Positions 9,194 through 20,581 are shown, numbered from the stretch's first letter. The stretch is 51,145 nt of DNA from Gemmatimonadales bacterium (GCA_041613315.1 JBFJHJ010000023.1:1-51145); one strand, 5' to 3'. The notes: a model not told the origin generated them from the letters alone. Made by a program: numbers and translations.

Positions 9194-9969
9194 GTGGGCC
9201 GCTCGCCAACGGCGATGAGCGACTGCCCGATCCGGCGGGGCAGGAACCGCTCGAGTCGGAACAGCGGCACGAGCGCGTCGTACACCGCGAGGCTACCGGT
9301 GGGAATAAGACGGCGACGCAGCACGCGGCCCACGAACCACCAGCCCGGAAGGCCGGCGAAGTTGAAATACTCCATGCGGACCAGCCGGAGGCCGGCGGTG
9401 GCCATCCGCTCTTCGAGCAGCGCCGGCGTGTAGCGGCGCACGTGTCCCAGGGCTTCGTCCAGGGTGCCGTAGAGGGCGGGGAGCGCGGGCACCAGCAGCA
9501 CGACGCGTCCGCCCGGCGCCACGAGGGTCCGCATCGCGGCCAGCGCGGCGCGGTCGTCGGCGATGTGCTCCAACACGTTGAGACACACGACCGTGTCCAA
9601 CCGCTCGGCGGCGAGCTCCGGGGGCACCGCCGGGAGCGTCAGCCCGGTCACGGTCACGTGCGCCAGCTGTCCGAACCGCCGCGTCAGGTAGTCGCGGTAG
9701 GCCGACTCGGTGTCCGTGAGCACCACGCGCTCGCGGTCCATGAAATGCACCGACAGGTTGCCGATGCCCGACCCGATCTCGAGCACCCGCCGGCCGATCC
9801 ACGGGGCGAGCCGATCGTACATCCATCGGTTGAACGCCGGAGCGCGCGCCATCCGCTCGAGCGTGGCCGCGCCGACCGCATCGGCGGCCGGGAGCGGTCC
9901 CGCGTTCCCCGGTGAGACCGTGCGCATGGTCGCGACCTGCGGGCGGGAGACGCCCCGCTCAGCGGTCAT
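9190..9969 (-). CDS. Class I SAM-dependent methyltransferase
   Basis: VLEIGSGIG motif [30 protein letters not shown]. Start may be 9927. Confidence 0.88.
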   Translation of the reverse strand: MTAERGVSRPQVATMRTVSPGNAGPLPAADAVGAATLERMARAPAFNRWMYDRLAPWIGRRVLEIGSGIGNLSVHFMDRERVVLTDTESAYRDYLTRRFGQLAHVTVTGLTLPAVPPELAAERLDTVVCLNVLEHIADDRAALAAMRTLVAPGGRVVLLVPALPALYGTLDEALGHVRRYTPALLEERMATAGLRLVRMEYFNFAGLPGWWFVGRVLRRRLIPTGSLAVYDALVPLFRLERFLPRRIGQSLIAVGERPT

Positions 9970-12900
9970 CGGCCGCCGCGAACGCCACGAGATACGCGTC
10001 CACGAGCTCCGAGCGGAGACTCATCGGCTGCCGCCGGTGCGGCGCGAGGCGCTGGTGAATCCGGACCGCGCCGGTGACGTCACCCACGCGGAGCTTCGCC
10101 ACCACGGCCCCGACCAGCAGCTCCTCCACGTCGATCCACCCCTCGCCGTTCCGTGCGCCGTCGGCCAACGCGTCCACTGCTCGCGAGGCCTCCGCGAAAT
10201 CCCATGCGGCGAGACCGTGGTGGAACCGCACGGCGTCGAGCACCTCCTGCGGCGCGCGATGCCGCGCGAGGTACGCCGCTACGGCGCGGTAGAACGTCTC
10301 GTCCGCGTACCCGGCGGTGCCGCCGTCCCGGTCGTTTTCCACCAGGCGGAAGTCCTGGAGCCACAAGCGCCAATCCGCCGGCGGCGTGGGGGATCGCATG
10401 GTCAGCTCCCACAGGTCCTGACGATACCGCGCGGCGGCGAACTCGCGCGGCGGAGCGAGGGGGCCGACCTCGACGACCGCCTGGTGACGCAGGGCCGCCC
10501 CCACCGCGCGCGACATCAGCCGCGGGACGTCCACGATGGGCACGGACGCTTCGGTGCCAGGGAGCCGGCGCCGTCCGAAGAACGGGGCAGTGACATCGAA
10601 ACGTGCCCCCGCCACCACGGACAACCCCTCGGCGCGCTCCCGCATGAACCGGGCGCGTTCGGCGCCGAGATCCAGCACGGGGTAATAGTCGGAGTTCGGC
10701 TGACCCCAGTCGCGCAACAGCGGGGCGAGGGCGGCGCGATGGATCACGCGCGTGGCCTCGAGCGCTTGCGGGGTGAGCGGCATGGCGTGGCACAAATCCC
10801 GGGCGATCTCCGGCCACTCGACGATCGACCAATCGGGCGCCCGGAGCGTCTGACCGGTGCCGGCCACGATCAGCAGATCGTTGCCGCCGGTCTGGAAGAT
10901 CTCATACGCGGGGAAGTTCTCGTGCAGGGCGGCGAGCACCGTCAGCAGGAGGCCGTCGGTGAGCTCCCAGCGGTGGATCCACTGTCCGAACACGGCGTCC
11001 GGCGCCAGATAGCGCTTCACGTGTCCGTAGAACTCGGAGGTGAAGAGGCTCGCCACCCCGCTCACCCAGGGGTTGGAGGGCTCGGACAGGATGAGGTCGT
11101 AGCGCTCCTGCCCGGCGGCGAGATAGGCCCGCGCGTCCTCGATGACGTGCACCGAGCGGGGATCGTCGAACACGCGCCGATTGGCCGGATAGAACGCACG
11201 AGAGCCGCGGATCATCTCCGGCTCGATCTCAATCGTGGTCACCCGCTCGACGACCGGGCTTCCGAGCAGCGTATGGGACGACATGCCCGTGCCGTGGCCG
11301 ATGACCGCGGCGGAGCGGGCGTCGGGCGCGTGGGCCAGCACCATCAGCGGCAACAAGGTCTGGGTGGCGATGTCGCCGACGATCGGGCGCCGGACGGTGG
11401 AGTCGGCGCACGGCTCGAGCCACGCCGCCGGCAGCGAGCCGTCGGTCTTGCCGTTCGTGTCGATCGCGGTATGCCCGGTCGCCTTGTGCCGCGACACGGC
11501 CACGGTGGCGGTGCGGCCGTCCTTGTAGAACAGCATGTCCACCGAGCCGGGCGGCATGACCGTGCCGAGGCGGAACACGCCGGACGTGAGGATCCGCTGT
11601 TCCACACCGGTGGCACCGGCCACGCCGGCCAGCACGACGGTGCCGACGGCCATCCCGTACGCCAAGCGCGGGAGCGCGGCGCGGCGCCAGGTCGCGGCGG
11701 CGATCAACACCACGCCCAACGCCATGTCGAGCGTCGCGCCGGCTACCAGGGTCCACCGCACGCCGATCAAGGGAAGCAGCACCACGCCGGCCAGCCCCAC
11801 GCCCACGATGGAGCCGACGGTGTTGGCGCCGTACACGGCGCCGATGGCCCGTTCGCCCCGGCCCGCGGCGAGCAGCGTCCGCGTGATGAGCGGCAGGGTG
11901 ATCCCGGCGCAGAACGTGGACGGCACCATCACGGCGACACAGATGGCGTAGCGGGACAGGGTGAACCCGGTGTAGCCACCGTCGGTCCTGGCAAACGTCT
12001 GAATCAGCTCGCGCAGCCAGCCGAACGAGGCCGCGTAGAGTGGCAGCGTGGCGAGGGCGGCGAAGCCCATCACCCACTGCACGACGCCGAGGGCACGGAG
12101 CGGATCCGCCCAGCGATCCACCCGGGTGCGCACCCACAGCGAGCCCAGCGCCAGCCCCAGGATGAAGGCCGAGAGCATCAACTCGAACGAGTGAGTGGCG
12201 CTTCCCAGCACGAGGGCGAGCATCCGAAGCCAACTGATCTCGTAGATGAACGATGCGACCGCCGTCCCAAAGCTCACCCCGAGCAGGAGGTACCAGAGCC
12301 GGTTTCCGGCCGGCGCCGGCACCGGTTCGGACGTCGCCGGTCGCGTGACCGGGGGCGGTGCCTCGTCCGCGGGCGCTCCCGCGGGGGCATATCGCGCCAC
12401 GGTGAGGGCGACCGCCGCGACGACGAGGTTGAGCATCGCCGCCGTGAGGACCGTGCCGGGAAGCCCGGCGAGCGACAGCAGGTAGAACCCCGCCACGAGC
12501 ACCCCGAGGGCCGCGCCGATGCTGTTGGCGAAATACAGGAGTGCCAGCGTGCGGCCCATGCGATCCGGCACGCGCCGCAGGGTGCCCGCGCCCATGAGCG
12601 GGAACGTGGCGCCAAGCATGACCGATTGCGGGAGGATCAGCGCGCCCGCGATGACCCACTTGGCCACGGCCAGCCACCCGCCGGACAGCACGGGGAAGAT
12701 GGCGTCGTAGGCGAAGCCGGTCACCCCGAGGTAGAGCTCGTGGAACACCAGTCCGATGAGCCCCACCGCGAGCTCGATGAACGCGTAGGCGCGCAGGGGA
12801 TCGCGCAGGCGCTTGGAGCGCTCGCCGGCCAGCCAGGCGCCGCCGGCCATCCCGCCCAGGAAGATCGTGAGGACCAGGATCTGTGCGTAGGCGCTGTGGC

Positions 12901-13009
12901 CCACGAACAGACTCAGGTAGCGGGCCCAGATGGACTCGTAGATCAGCCCGGCGGCGCCGGAGAGCACGAAGATCGTGTAGACGATCGCCTGCATGGTCCG
13001 CTGGGACAT
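9959..13009 (-). CDS. Fused multi-TM (MFS-like) / spermidine-synthase-like protein
   Basis: Two hydrophobic repeats (SGAAGLIYESIWARYL and ASFIYEISWLRML), then VIGHGTGMS, IEIEPEM, EDARAY, YDLILSEPSNPW. Confidence 0.85.
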   Translation of the reverse strand: MSQRTMQAIVYTIFVLSGAAGLIYESIWARYLSLFVGHSAYAQILVLTIFLGGMAGGAWLAGERSKRLRDPLRAYAFIELAVGLIGLVFHELYLGVTGFAYDAIFPVLSGGWLAVAKWVIAGALILPQSVMLGATFPLMGAGTLRRVPDRMGRTLALLYFANSIGAALGVLVAGFYLLSLAGLPGTVLTAAMLNLVVAAVALTVARYAPAGAPADEAPPPVTRPATSEPVPAPAGNRLWYLLLGVSFGTAVASFIYEISWLRMLALVLGSATHSFELMLSAFILGLALGSLWVRTRVDRWADPLRALGVVQWVMGFAALATLPLYAASFGWLRELIQTFARTDGGYTGFTLSRYAICVAVMVPSTFCAGITLPLITRTLLAAGRGERAIGAVYGANTVGSIVGVGLAGVVLLPLIGVRWTLVAGATLDMALGVVLIAAATWRRAALPRLAYGMAVGTVVLAGVAGATGVEQRILTSGVFRLGTVMPPGSVDMLFYKDGRTATVAVSRHKATGHTAIDTNGKTDGSLPAAWLEPCADSTVRRPIVGDIATQTLLPLMVLAHAPDARSAAVIGHGTGMSSHTLLGSPVVERVTTIEIEPEMIRGSRAFYPANRRVFDDPRSVHVIEDARAYLAAGQERYDLILSEPSNPWVSGVASLFTSEFYGHVKRYLAPDAVFGQWIHRWELTDGLLLTVLAALHENFPAYEIFQTGGNDLLIVAGTGQTLRAPDWSIVEWPEIARDLCHAMPLTPQALEATRVIHRAALAPLLRDWGQPNSDYYPVLDLGAERARFMRERAEGLSVVAGARFDVTAPFFGRRRLPGTEASVPIVDVPRLMSRAVGAALRHQAVVEVGPLAPPREFAAARYRQDLWELTMRSPTPPADWRLWLQDFRLVENDRDGGTAGYADETFYRAVAAYLARHRAPQEVLDAVRFHHGLAAWDFAEASRAVDALADGARNGEGWIDVEELLVGAVVAKLRVGDVTGAVRIHQRLAPHRRQPMSLRSELVDAYLVAFAAADDR

Positions 13010-13057
13010 CGCTATCGGCCTCCCGGGTCGTCGCTGAGCCGGCGTGCGCCGGCGGGC

Positions 13058-14427
<1,370 letters not shown>

Positions 14428-14431
<4 letters not shown>

Positions 14432-16059
14432 GCGGCGACCTCCGTCTTCCCTTTGGCCGGCAGGATGACCTCGAACCTCGTCTGGCCCGCGCCGGACTCC
14501 ACCAGCACGACCCCGCGGTGGGCCTGCACGGCGCGTTGCACGATCGCGAGCCCGAGTCCGGAGCCACCCTCGCGGCCCGTGACGAACGGATCGAACAGCC
14601 GATCGCGCAGCTCCACTGGCACGCCCGGACCGTGGTCGGTGACCCTCAGCAGTGCCGCCGGCTCCAGCCGCATGCCGACGGGCAAATCGCCGGGATTGGC
14701 GCGGCGGACCTCGACACGTACCGCGGCCGAGTCGCCGGACGCCTGGACCGCGTTCAGCACCAGGTTCACCACGACGCGGTGCAATAGGTCCTCGTCGCCT
14801 TCGACCAGCGTTTCCTCCACCCGCAGCTCGATACCGGCGTCGTCGGGACAGTCGGGGTGCTTGCGCACGACGTCCACGGCGGCGCTGGCGACGGCCGCGA
14901 GATCAAGCGCCCGCGAGCTCGTGACCCGCACGCGTGAGAAGTCCAGAAACTCGGCCAGGAGCCGGCTCAGCCGATCGCTCTCCTGAACCACGAGCTTGGC
15001 GAGAACTCGATCGTCGTCGTCGGCCAGCGCCGAGCGCGCGAGCTGCTCTACGGACGACCGGATAGACGCGAGCGGGTTACGGATCTCATGGGCCAGCGAC
15101 GCCGACAACTCCGCCACCGCTTCCAGTCGCTCCGTCCGCAGGTGCAACGCCTCGATCCGTTTCTGATCCGAGATATCGGTGAAGATGGCGGTGACCGTCG
15201 GCGTCCCGTCGTCCACGTCCAAGGCCGTGACCGTCACGCCGATGGGGAACACCCGGTCGCCCGCGCGCACCTGCCCTTCGGCGCGGTAGGTCTTCTGTCC
15301 GGTCTCCTGCGCGACGACGATGGCCTGGAGCAGCTCGGGCGAGCGGCGCCGAACGAGTTCCCCGAACGGCCGCCCGACCACTTCTCCTCCCTCGAGCCCG
15401 AGGATGTCCCGGGCCGCCGGGTTGGCGTACATGAGAATGCCTTCCCCATCCACGGTGAGCACCCCGCTCCGGATGTTCCGCAGGATGTCCCCCGCCTCGA
15501 GCCGGAGCCGCCGCACCTGCTCCCGGAGAGCGGCCCGCTCGGCGCCCAGGAGCCGCATCCGCCCCGCGACGAGCCCGGTCACCAGGAACACGCCGAGGAA
15601 CACCGCGATCTGGAGCCAGACGGCGAGCTCCAGCTCGACGGGCTGCAGCCAGACGATGTCGGCGAGATACAGCAGGCTGGCCAGGCTCGTGACCAACAGG
15701 CCCGCCCGCAGCGGCATGGTGACCGCGCTGAACGCGATGACCAGCACGTACAGCGCGGGGAATTGGCTGTCGGGACCGCCCGTGACGTGGACGACGATCG
15801 TGACGAGCCCCAGGTCCACGAGCGCCTGGGCGTAGAGGAACGTGATGCTCGGCTCGACGCCCCGGACGTGGGTGTACCAGCCCGAGAGGGTGCTGGCGAA
15901 GACGCTCGTAAGCGCCGCGATCGCCAGCAGCAGGATGGTCTCCGGGGGGAGCGCCTTGAAGTAGAAAGCGGCGGCCGCGAACAGGACGACCGCCACCAGC
16001 ACGCGCCCCAGGTAGACCCACTGGAGCAGGTTCCGAACCGGCGGCACCCCCCCGGCCAT
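14428..16059 (-). CDS. pilS: PilS-like sensor histidine kinase (about 6 TM, PAS, HisKA, HATPase)
   Basis: PilS-type TM region (QALVDL...VHVTGG..SQF..LY), PAS (SGVLTVD..G.L..ANPAA), AHEIRNPL, GSGLGL. Start 16059 or 16101. Confidence 0.85.
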
Positions 16060-16254
16060 CCGGCCTGTGCGGTACCGCCGCGCCTCACTGATGGCACGCA
16101 TGGCCAGAAGTTTCTGGGGGGTCTGGCAAAATGCAATGCCGTGGCTCACATCCCTTTGGGAGAGGGCGAGATAGAGACGGGGCGGGGGCAGAGGCGGCAA
16201 GAGGGGCGAACGCGGCAGGGGGGGGAACGGCGGGAGGGGGGAGCGGCCAACGGC

Positions 16255-16872
16255 TCAGACGTTCGGGATCTGTTCCTCCCGGCTCACGCAGACCCCGAGG
16301 TCCCGCAGCAAGCCGTCCTGGATCCGGTAAATCCACCCGTGGACGGCCAACTCCTGTCCCCGTTTCCAGGCGGCGTGGACGATCGTCGTGCGGCAGACGT
16401 TCGCCACCTGGGCCATCACGTTCAGCTCGCACAACCGATCCACCCGGCGGTCGGGATCGACCTCGGCGTCGACGCGACGGGCATGCCGGCGGTAGAGCTC
16501 CTTGATGTTCCGGAGCCAGTTGTCGATGAGGCCCAGATCTCCTTCGGCCATGGCGGCGCGAACGCCGCCGCACGCGTAGTGCCCGCACACGATGACGTGC
16601 CGGACTTGGAGCATCTCGACGGCGTATTGGATGACGGCCAGGCAGTTGAGGTCGGTGTGCGACACGATGTTGGCGACGTTGCGGTGCACGAACAGCTCAC
16701 CGGGAGGGAGCCCGACGATCTCGTTCGCCGGGACCCGGCTGTCGGCACAGCCGATCCACAGATACGACGGCGCCTGCTGCTTCGACAGCTCGGCGAAGAA
16801 CCCGGGCCGCGCCGCGTTCATCTCTTCCGCCCAGCGCCGGTTGTTGTCGAACAGCTCCTTGAGCAGCCGCAT
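16255..16872 (-). CDS. can: Beta-class carbonic anhydrase
   Basis: LWIGCADSRVP, FVHRNVAN, CGHYACGG zinc ligands. Confidence 0.95.
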   Translation of the reverse strand: MRLLKELFDNNRRWAEEMNAARPGFFAELSKQQAPSYLWIGCADSRVPANEIVGLPPGELFVHRNVANIVSHTDLNCLAVIQYAVEMLQVRHVIVCGHYACGGVRAAMAEGDLGLIDNWLRNIKELYRRHARRVDAEVDPDRRVDRLCELNVMAQVANVCRTTIVHAAWKRGQELAVHGWIYRIQDGLLRDLGVCVSREEQIPNV

Positions 16873-16873
16873 G

Positions 16874-17542
16874 TCAGATGAACGTCGCGATCTCGTTCAA
16901 GGTCTTCTTCGAGATGACCGGCACGCGGGCGTCGTCCGCGGGATAGCCGACCACCAGGAGCAGGAACGGCCGCTCGCTCGCGGGCCGTTCCAGGATGTCG
17001 TTGAGGAACTTCATGGGACTCGGCGTGTGTGTCACCGATACGAGTCCCGCCTGGTGGATCGCGGCGATCAAGAACCCGGTGGCCAGCCCGACCGATTCCA
17101 TCACATAGTAGTTGTGCAGCTTCCGCCCGCGCGGCGCGACCACGTATCGCTGCGCGAAGACGGCGATGAGGTACGGTGCCGTCTCGAGGAAGGGCTTGTT
17201 CGCGTCGGTGCCCAGTTGCGCCAACGCTTCGAGCCACTCCGGCGGCGCCCGCTGAGTATAGAACTCGCGCTCCTCCGCCTCGGCCGCTTCCCGGATCTGC
17301 CGCTTGACCGCCGGATCGCTCACCACGACGAAGTGCCAGGGCTGGCGGTTGGCGCCGCTCGGCGCGGTTCCGGCCGCCCGCAAGCAGTCTTCGATGATGT
17401 CGCGCGGCACCGGCCGCTCGGCGAACTCCCGCACCGTCCGGCGGCGGCGCACCTCCTCGAGGAACGCCTTCGCCCGGCGGCGCATGTCGGGCTCCTCGTA
17501 CCGCCGGTAGGTGGTGAGCGGCTGGAAGGTCGCCTTGGGCAC
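16874..17542 (-). CDS. Nitroreductase-family flavoprotein, iodotyrosine deiodinase-like
   Basis: [50 protein letters not shown]. Confidence 0.85.
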   Translation of the reverse strand: MPKATFQPLTTYRRYEEPDMRRRAKAFLEEVRRRRTVREFAERPVPRDIIEDCLRAAGTAPSGANRQPWHFVVVSDPAVKRQIREAAEAEEREFYTQRAPPEWLEALAQLGTDANKPFLETAPYLIAVFAQRYVVAPRGRKLHNYYVMESVGLATGFLIAAIHQAGLVSVTHTPSPMKFLNDILERPASERPFLLLVVGYPADDARVPVISKKTLNEIATFI

Positions 17543-17556
17543 GGGCCGCGCGCTCC

Positions 17557-18039
17557 TCAGGTCCGGCGCAATGAGGCGATCAGTACCGGCTCGAGCGGGA
17601 CGTCACGGTGCCCGCCCCGCTGGCCCGTCTCGACGGCGGCGATCCGGTCCACGACGTCCATGCCCGCGCTGACGCGCCCGAAGACCGCGTACCCGAAGTC
17701 GCGCGCGCCGTGATCCAGGAAGCCGTTGTCGCTCAGGTTGATGAAGAACTGCGCCGTCGCGCTATGGACGTCCGTCGTGCGCGCCATGGCCAGGGTACCC
17801 CGCTCGTTCTTGAGGCCGTTGTCCGCCTCGTTCTGGATCGGAGGTCCGGTCACCTTCTGCTGCATCTCCGGAGTGAAGCCGCCGCCCTGAATCATGAACC
17901 GCGGGATGACACGATGGAAGACGGTCCCGTCGAAGAAGCCTCCGTCCACGTAGCCGAGGAAGTTCTCGACCGTCACCGGCGCCTGGTCGGGGAACAGCTC
18001 GACGTGAATGTCGCCGAACGATGTCTGCAGAATGACCAT
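17557..18039 (-). CDS. ppiB: Cyclophilin-type peptidyl-prolyl cis-trans isomerase
   Basis: [39 protein letters not shown]. No signal peptide. Confidence 0.93.
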   Translation of the reverse strand: MVILQTSFGDIHVELFPDQAPVTVENFLGYVDGGFFDGTVFHRVIPRFMIQGGGFTPEMQQKVTGPPIQNEADNGLKNERGTLAMARTTDVHSATAQFFINLSDNGFLDHGARDFGYAVFGRVSAGMDVVDRIAAVETGQRGGHRDVPLEPVLIASLRRT

Positions 18040-18066
18040 GAGCGTTGCTCCCGGTGCGGCGGGCCG

Positions 18067-18219
18067 CTACCTCGTGAAGGCGTAGTAGATGACGTACAGC
18101 CACGACAGGATCCCGTGGACGATCGCCCACAGGAGCGACTGGTTGGTGTGCCACGAGATCGCGATGGCCAGCGCGGTCCCGAACCCGATGCCCGACTTGG
18201 CTACCTCTCGCTTGTTCAT
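18067..18219 (-). CDS. Small (50 aa) membrane protein
   Basis: MNKREVAKSGIGFGTALAIAISWHTNQSLLWAIVHGILSWLYVIYYAFTR, with a GAGG RBS and two hydrophobic segments. Confidence 0.75.
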   Translation of the reverse strand: MNKREVAKSGIGFGTALAIAISWHTNQSLLWAIVHGILSWLYVIYYAFTR

Positions 18220-18299
18220 CAGCACCTCTCGCGTTCCGGCAGGTGAGGCGCCGCAGGAGGGGCGGCGACACGCGGCCACGTCCGCGTCCGATCCCCAAG

Positions 18300-18860
18300 C
18301 TAGTCGCCGATAGCGTCGAGCGCGCCCCCGTCGGCCGGTGGGAGGGCTTCGGCGCGCTCGCGCATCAGGCGGACGGCCTCCCGGCGCACCCAACCGCTGA
18401 ACGGTCCCACCACCGCCCAGTACAGCCGGAAGCGCCGCCGACTCGCGGCGTCGAGACAGTGGACCCGGGTCTCGGTGGACAGCCAGGTACGCCCCGATGG
18501 GTCGCCGGCGACGGAGAAGTTCCAGACGGCCTTCGCGTAGCCGGGGGTATCGAACGCCCGAAACGCGTCCGCATCCAGCCGGCGGAGGTGTCCCGACGGG
18601 GTCCAGAAGCGCCCCACGATGCCGAGCACCAGCTCCGCTCCGGGGACCTCGCCCAGCTCGACGAACCCCGCCTCGGTGAGCGACGCGAGCGTGATGGTAA
18701 CCGACGGCAACCCGCGCAGCGCGAAGAGCCAGCGGATGGCCCGCGAGCGGGCGAGGTCCACCTCCCGCACGGTGCGGTACACCGCGCCGGGCCGCGCCCG
18801 CACCGCCACCTGATGCCGCATGCACAGGTCGTAGTCGGGGAGCAACCGGTCGATCAGCAC
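18300..18860 (-). CDS. Conserved hypothetical protein (possibly DUF2867-like)
   Basis: Protein-like ORF tightly packed in the operon (LIDRLLPDYD, ELVLGIVGRFW, LSTETRV, FRLYW.VVGPFSG). Confidence 0.7.
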   Translation of the reverse strand: MLIDRLLPDYDLCMRHQVAVRARPGAVYRTVREVDLARSRAIRWLFALRGLPSVTITLASLTEAGFVELGEVPGAELVLGIVGRFWTPSGHLRRLDADAFRAFDTPGYAKAVWNFSVAGDPSGRTWLSTETRVHCLDAASRRRFRLYWAVVGPFSGWVRREAVRLMRERAEALPPADGGALDAIGD

Positions 18861-18869
18861 CGGCTCGCG

Positions 18870-19532
18870 TCAGTCGAGGTCGGGCATGGCGTGGCGGCCA
18901 AGCCAGCGGTGCTCGAAGAGCTCGGACACCCCCCACGCCGTGAAGTAGATGCACCCGAAGGCGATCACCCGTTGGGGCTCGTCCACCCAGAGCCCGCCGC
19001 CGGGCAGCTGCTGCGCGCGCACGACGGCCGGGGTGATGCCGAAGGCAGGCATGGGGAAGAGCGTCGTGACGAAGACCCCCATGAGATACAACATCACACC
19101 GGCCGCCCAATGCCGCTTGAGCAGCTCGCGTTCCTGTCCCGACGGCGCGTGGCCCACCAGCACGCCCGAGAGCCGGTTGAGCGTGAGGCCCCAGAACGTC
19201 CACAGCGGCCACCATGCCCGGAAGCCAAGAGCGAAGCCCCCGATCAGGAGCGTGTAGAACACTCCCACGCCCACCAGCGACCGGACCTTCTCGCGGCGGC
19301 TCGCCTTTCCCAGGACCACCGATCCCATGAACGCCGCGGAGTGCACGATGAGGAACTCGACCAGCATGACCAGCATCAAGTAGGCGACCACGCGGCGGCC
19401 CAGCGCGTTGGGCACGATCCACGTGACGAGGAACGCGCCGGCCAGCCCAAAGTCGGGGAGGGCGGCGACCACGCCGGACACCGGCAAGCGGCGGGCCGGC
19501 GCGGGAGGGGGGCCGTCCACTCGCTCCTTCAC
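18870..19532 (-). CDS. Hypothetical integral membrane protein
   Basis: About 6 hydrophobic segments. GTG start overlaps the upstream stop (GTGA). Confidence 0.7.
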   Translation of the reverse strand: MKERVDGPPPAPARRLPVSGVVAALPDFGLAGAFLVTWIVPNALGRRVVAYLMLVMLVEFLIVHSAAFMGSVVLGKASRREKVRSLVGVGVFYTLLIGGFALGFRAWWPLWTFWGLTLNRLSGVLVGHAPSGQERELLKRHWAAGVMLYLMGVFVTTLFPMPAFGITPAVVRAQQLPGGGLWVDEPQRVIAFGCIYFTAWGVSELFEHRWLGRHAMPDLD

Positions 19533-20008
19533 CCGGCGACGAGCCGCAGTCCGAGCCGCACGATCAGGACGACGATCGCGCCGGCCGCGAGCGCCAGGAG
19601 CACGAGGGCCGCCACGAGCAGCGCGACGAATCGGCGCCCTGCCGCGCGGGCTTCGCCCGGGTCGCGGAGCTGGCGTTCGAGCAGCTCGACGTTCTTCAGG
19701 TTCGCCGCCCACGTCACATCGAACAGGTCGCCCACGACGGGCACGCTTCCCACCAGTGTATCGACCGTCACGTTCCAGAGCATGCGGAGGAGCAGGTCGC
19801 GGGAGGCTCCGGCGCGCGCCGCCTGGACGATCAGATATCCGGCAAGTCCCATGGTGAGGGCGTCGCCGAGTCCGGGGATCACGCCCAGGATCGGGTCGAG
19901 GCCGATGCCGATGTTGGTGCCGGGGATCCGGAGCAGGCGGTCCAGGAGCCGGGCCAGGAGGCGCGCGCGTTCGATCGGCCGGGCCGCGCCGGGGGAGAGT
20001 CGGTTCAC
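19529..20008 (-). CDS. DUF4112 family membrane protein
   Basis: LLD..LRIPGT...GLDPILGVIPGLGD, DTLVGSVPVVGDLFD..W.ANLKNV.LL. Start uncertain. Confidence 0.85.
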   Translation of the reverse strand: MNRLSPGAARPIERARLLARLLDRLLRIPGTNIGIGLDPILGVIPGLGDALTMGLAGYLIVQAARAGASRDLLLRMLWNVTVDTLVGSVPVVGDLFDVTWAANLKNVELLERQLRDPGEARAAGRRFVALLVAALVLLALAAGAIVVLIVRLGLRLVAG

Positions 20009-20046
20009 CGGTGCCGGTGTGGGCCGCGGCGCTCCGGGCCCGGTGG

Positions 20047-20086
20047 GAAACAAACGAACGGGGCCGCCCGAGCATCGAGCGGCCCC
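20047..20086 (-). terminator. Intrinsic terminator of the cold-shock gene
   Basis: Minus strand GGGGCCGCTCGATGCTCGGGCGGCCCC followed by GTTCGTTTGTTT. Confidence 0.75.
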
Positions 20087-20114
20087 GCGGTGCGGCACCT
20101 GCAACCTTGCCGGA

Positions 20115-20327
20115 TCAGTCGGTGATCTTCACGACGTTCTGGGCCGCGGGCCCTTTCTGGCCCTGCACGACTTCGAACTCGACCCGGTCGCCCTCCGCGA
20201 GCGACTTGAACCCGCTGCCTTCGATGGCGGAGTAATGGACGAAGCAGTCCTTTTCGCCGTTCTCGGGCGTGATGAAACCGAATCCCTTCGCGTCGTTGAA
20301 CCACTTCACCTTGCCGGTCGTACGCAT
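20115..20327 (-). CDS. cspA: Cold-shock protein (CspA family)
   Basis: [31 protein letters not shown]. Confidence 0.96.
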   Translation of the reverse strand: MRTTGKVKWFNDAKGFGFITPENGEKDCFVHYSAIEGSGFKSLAEGDRVEFEVVQGQKGPAAQNVVKITD

Positions 20328-20552
20328 TGCCGTACTCCCTCTGCTGTTGGTGTCGTAATCGGAGTCCGGCGCTGCCGACCCTGCCGACTACTCTCGTTCC
20401 GCGGACCGGGCGCCCCCGCGTCGGGCTCGCCGCGCCGGCGGGACGGCCGGCTGGCGTCTGTTGGACGTGCCGGTGACCCGCGAGGCTCTTGCGGGTCTCC
20501 GGCGGTTGGTGATCAGCGGCCACCCGTCCCGGTGTGCCGCTCGGCGGGCGTA

Positions 20553-20581
20553 ACGATAGCGGCGGCCCGTAACGCTGTCAA
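20553..20581 (-). promoter_or_regulatory. Sigma70 promoter of the cold-shock gene
   Basis: TTGACA-N17-TATCGT on the minus strand, implying a 5' UTR of about 220 nt. Confidence 0.75.

Noticed and set aside
16123..16141. Sigma54-like site upstream of pilS
   Set aside because: GG-to-GC spacing is 11 on both strands.
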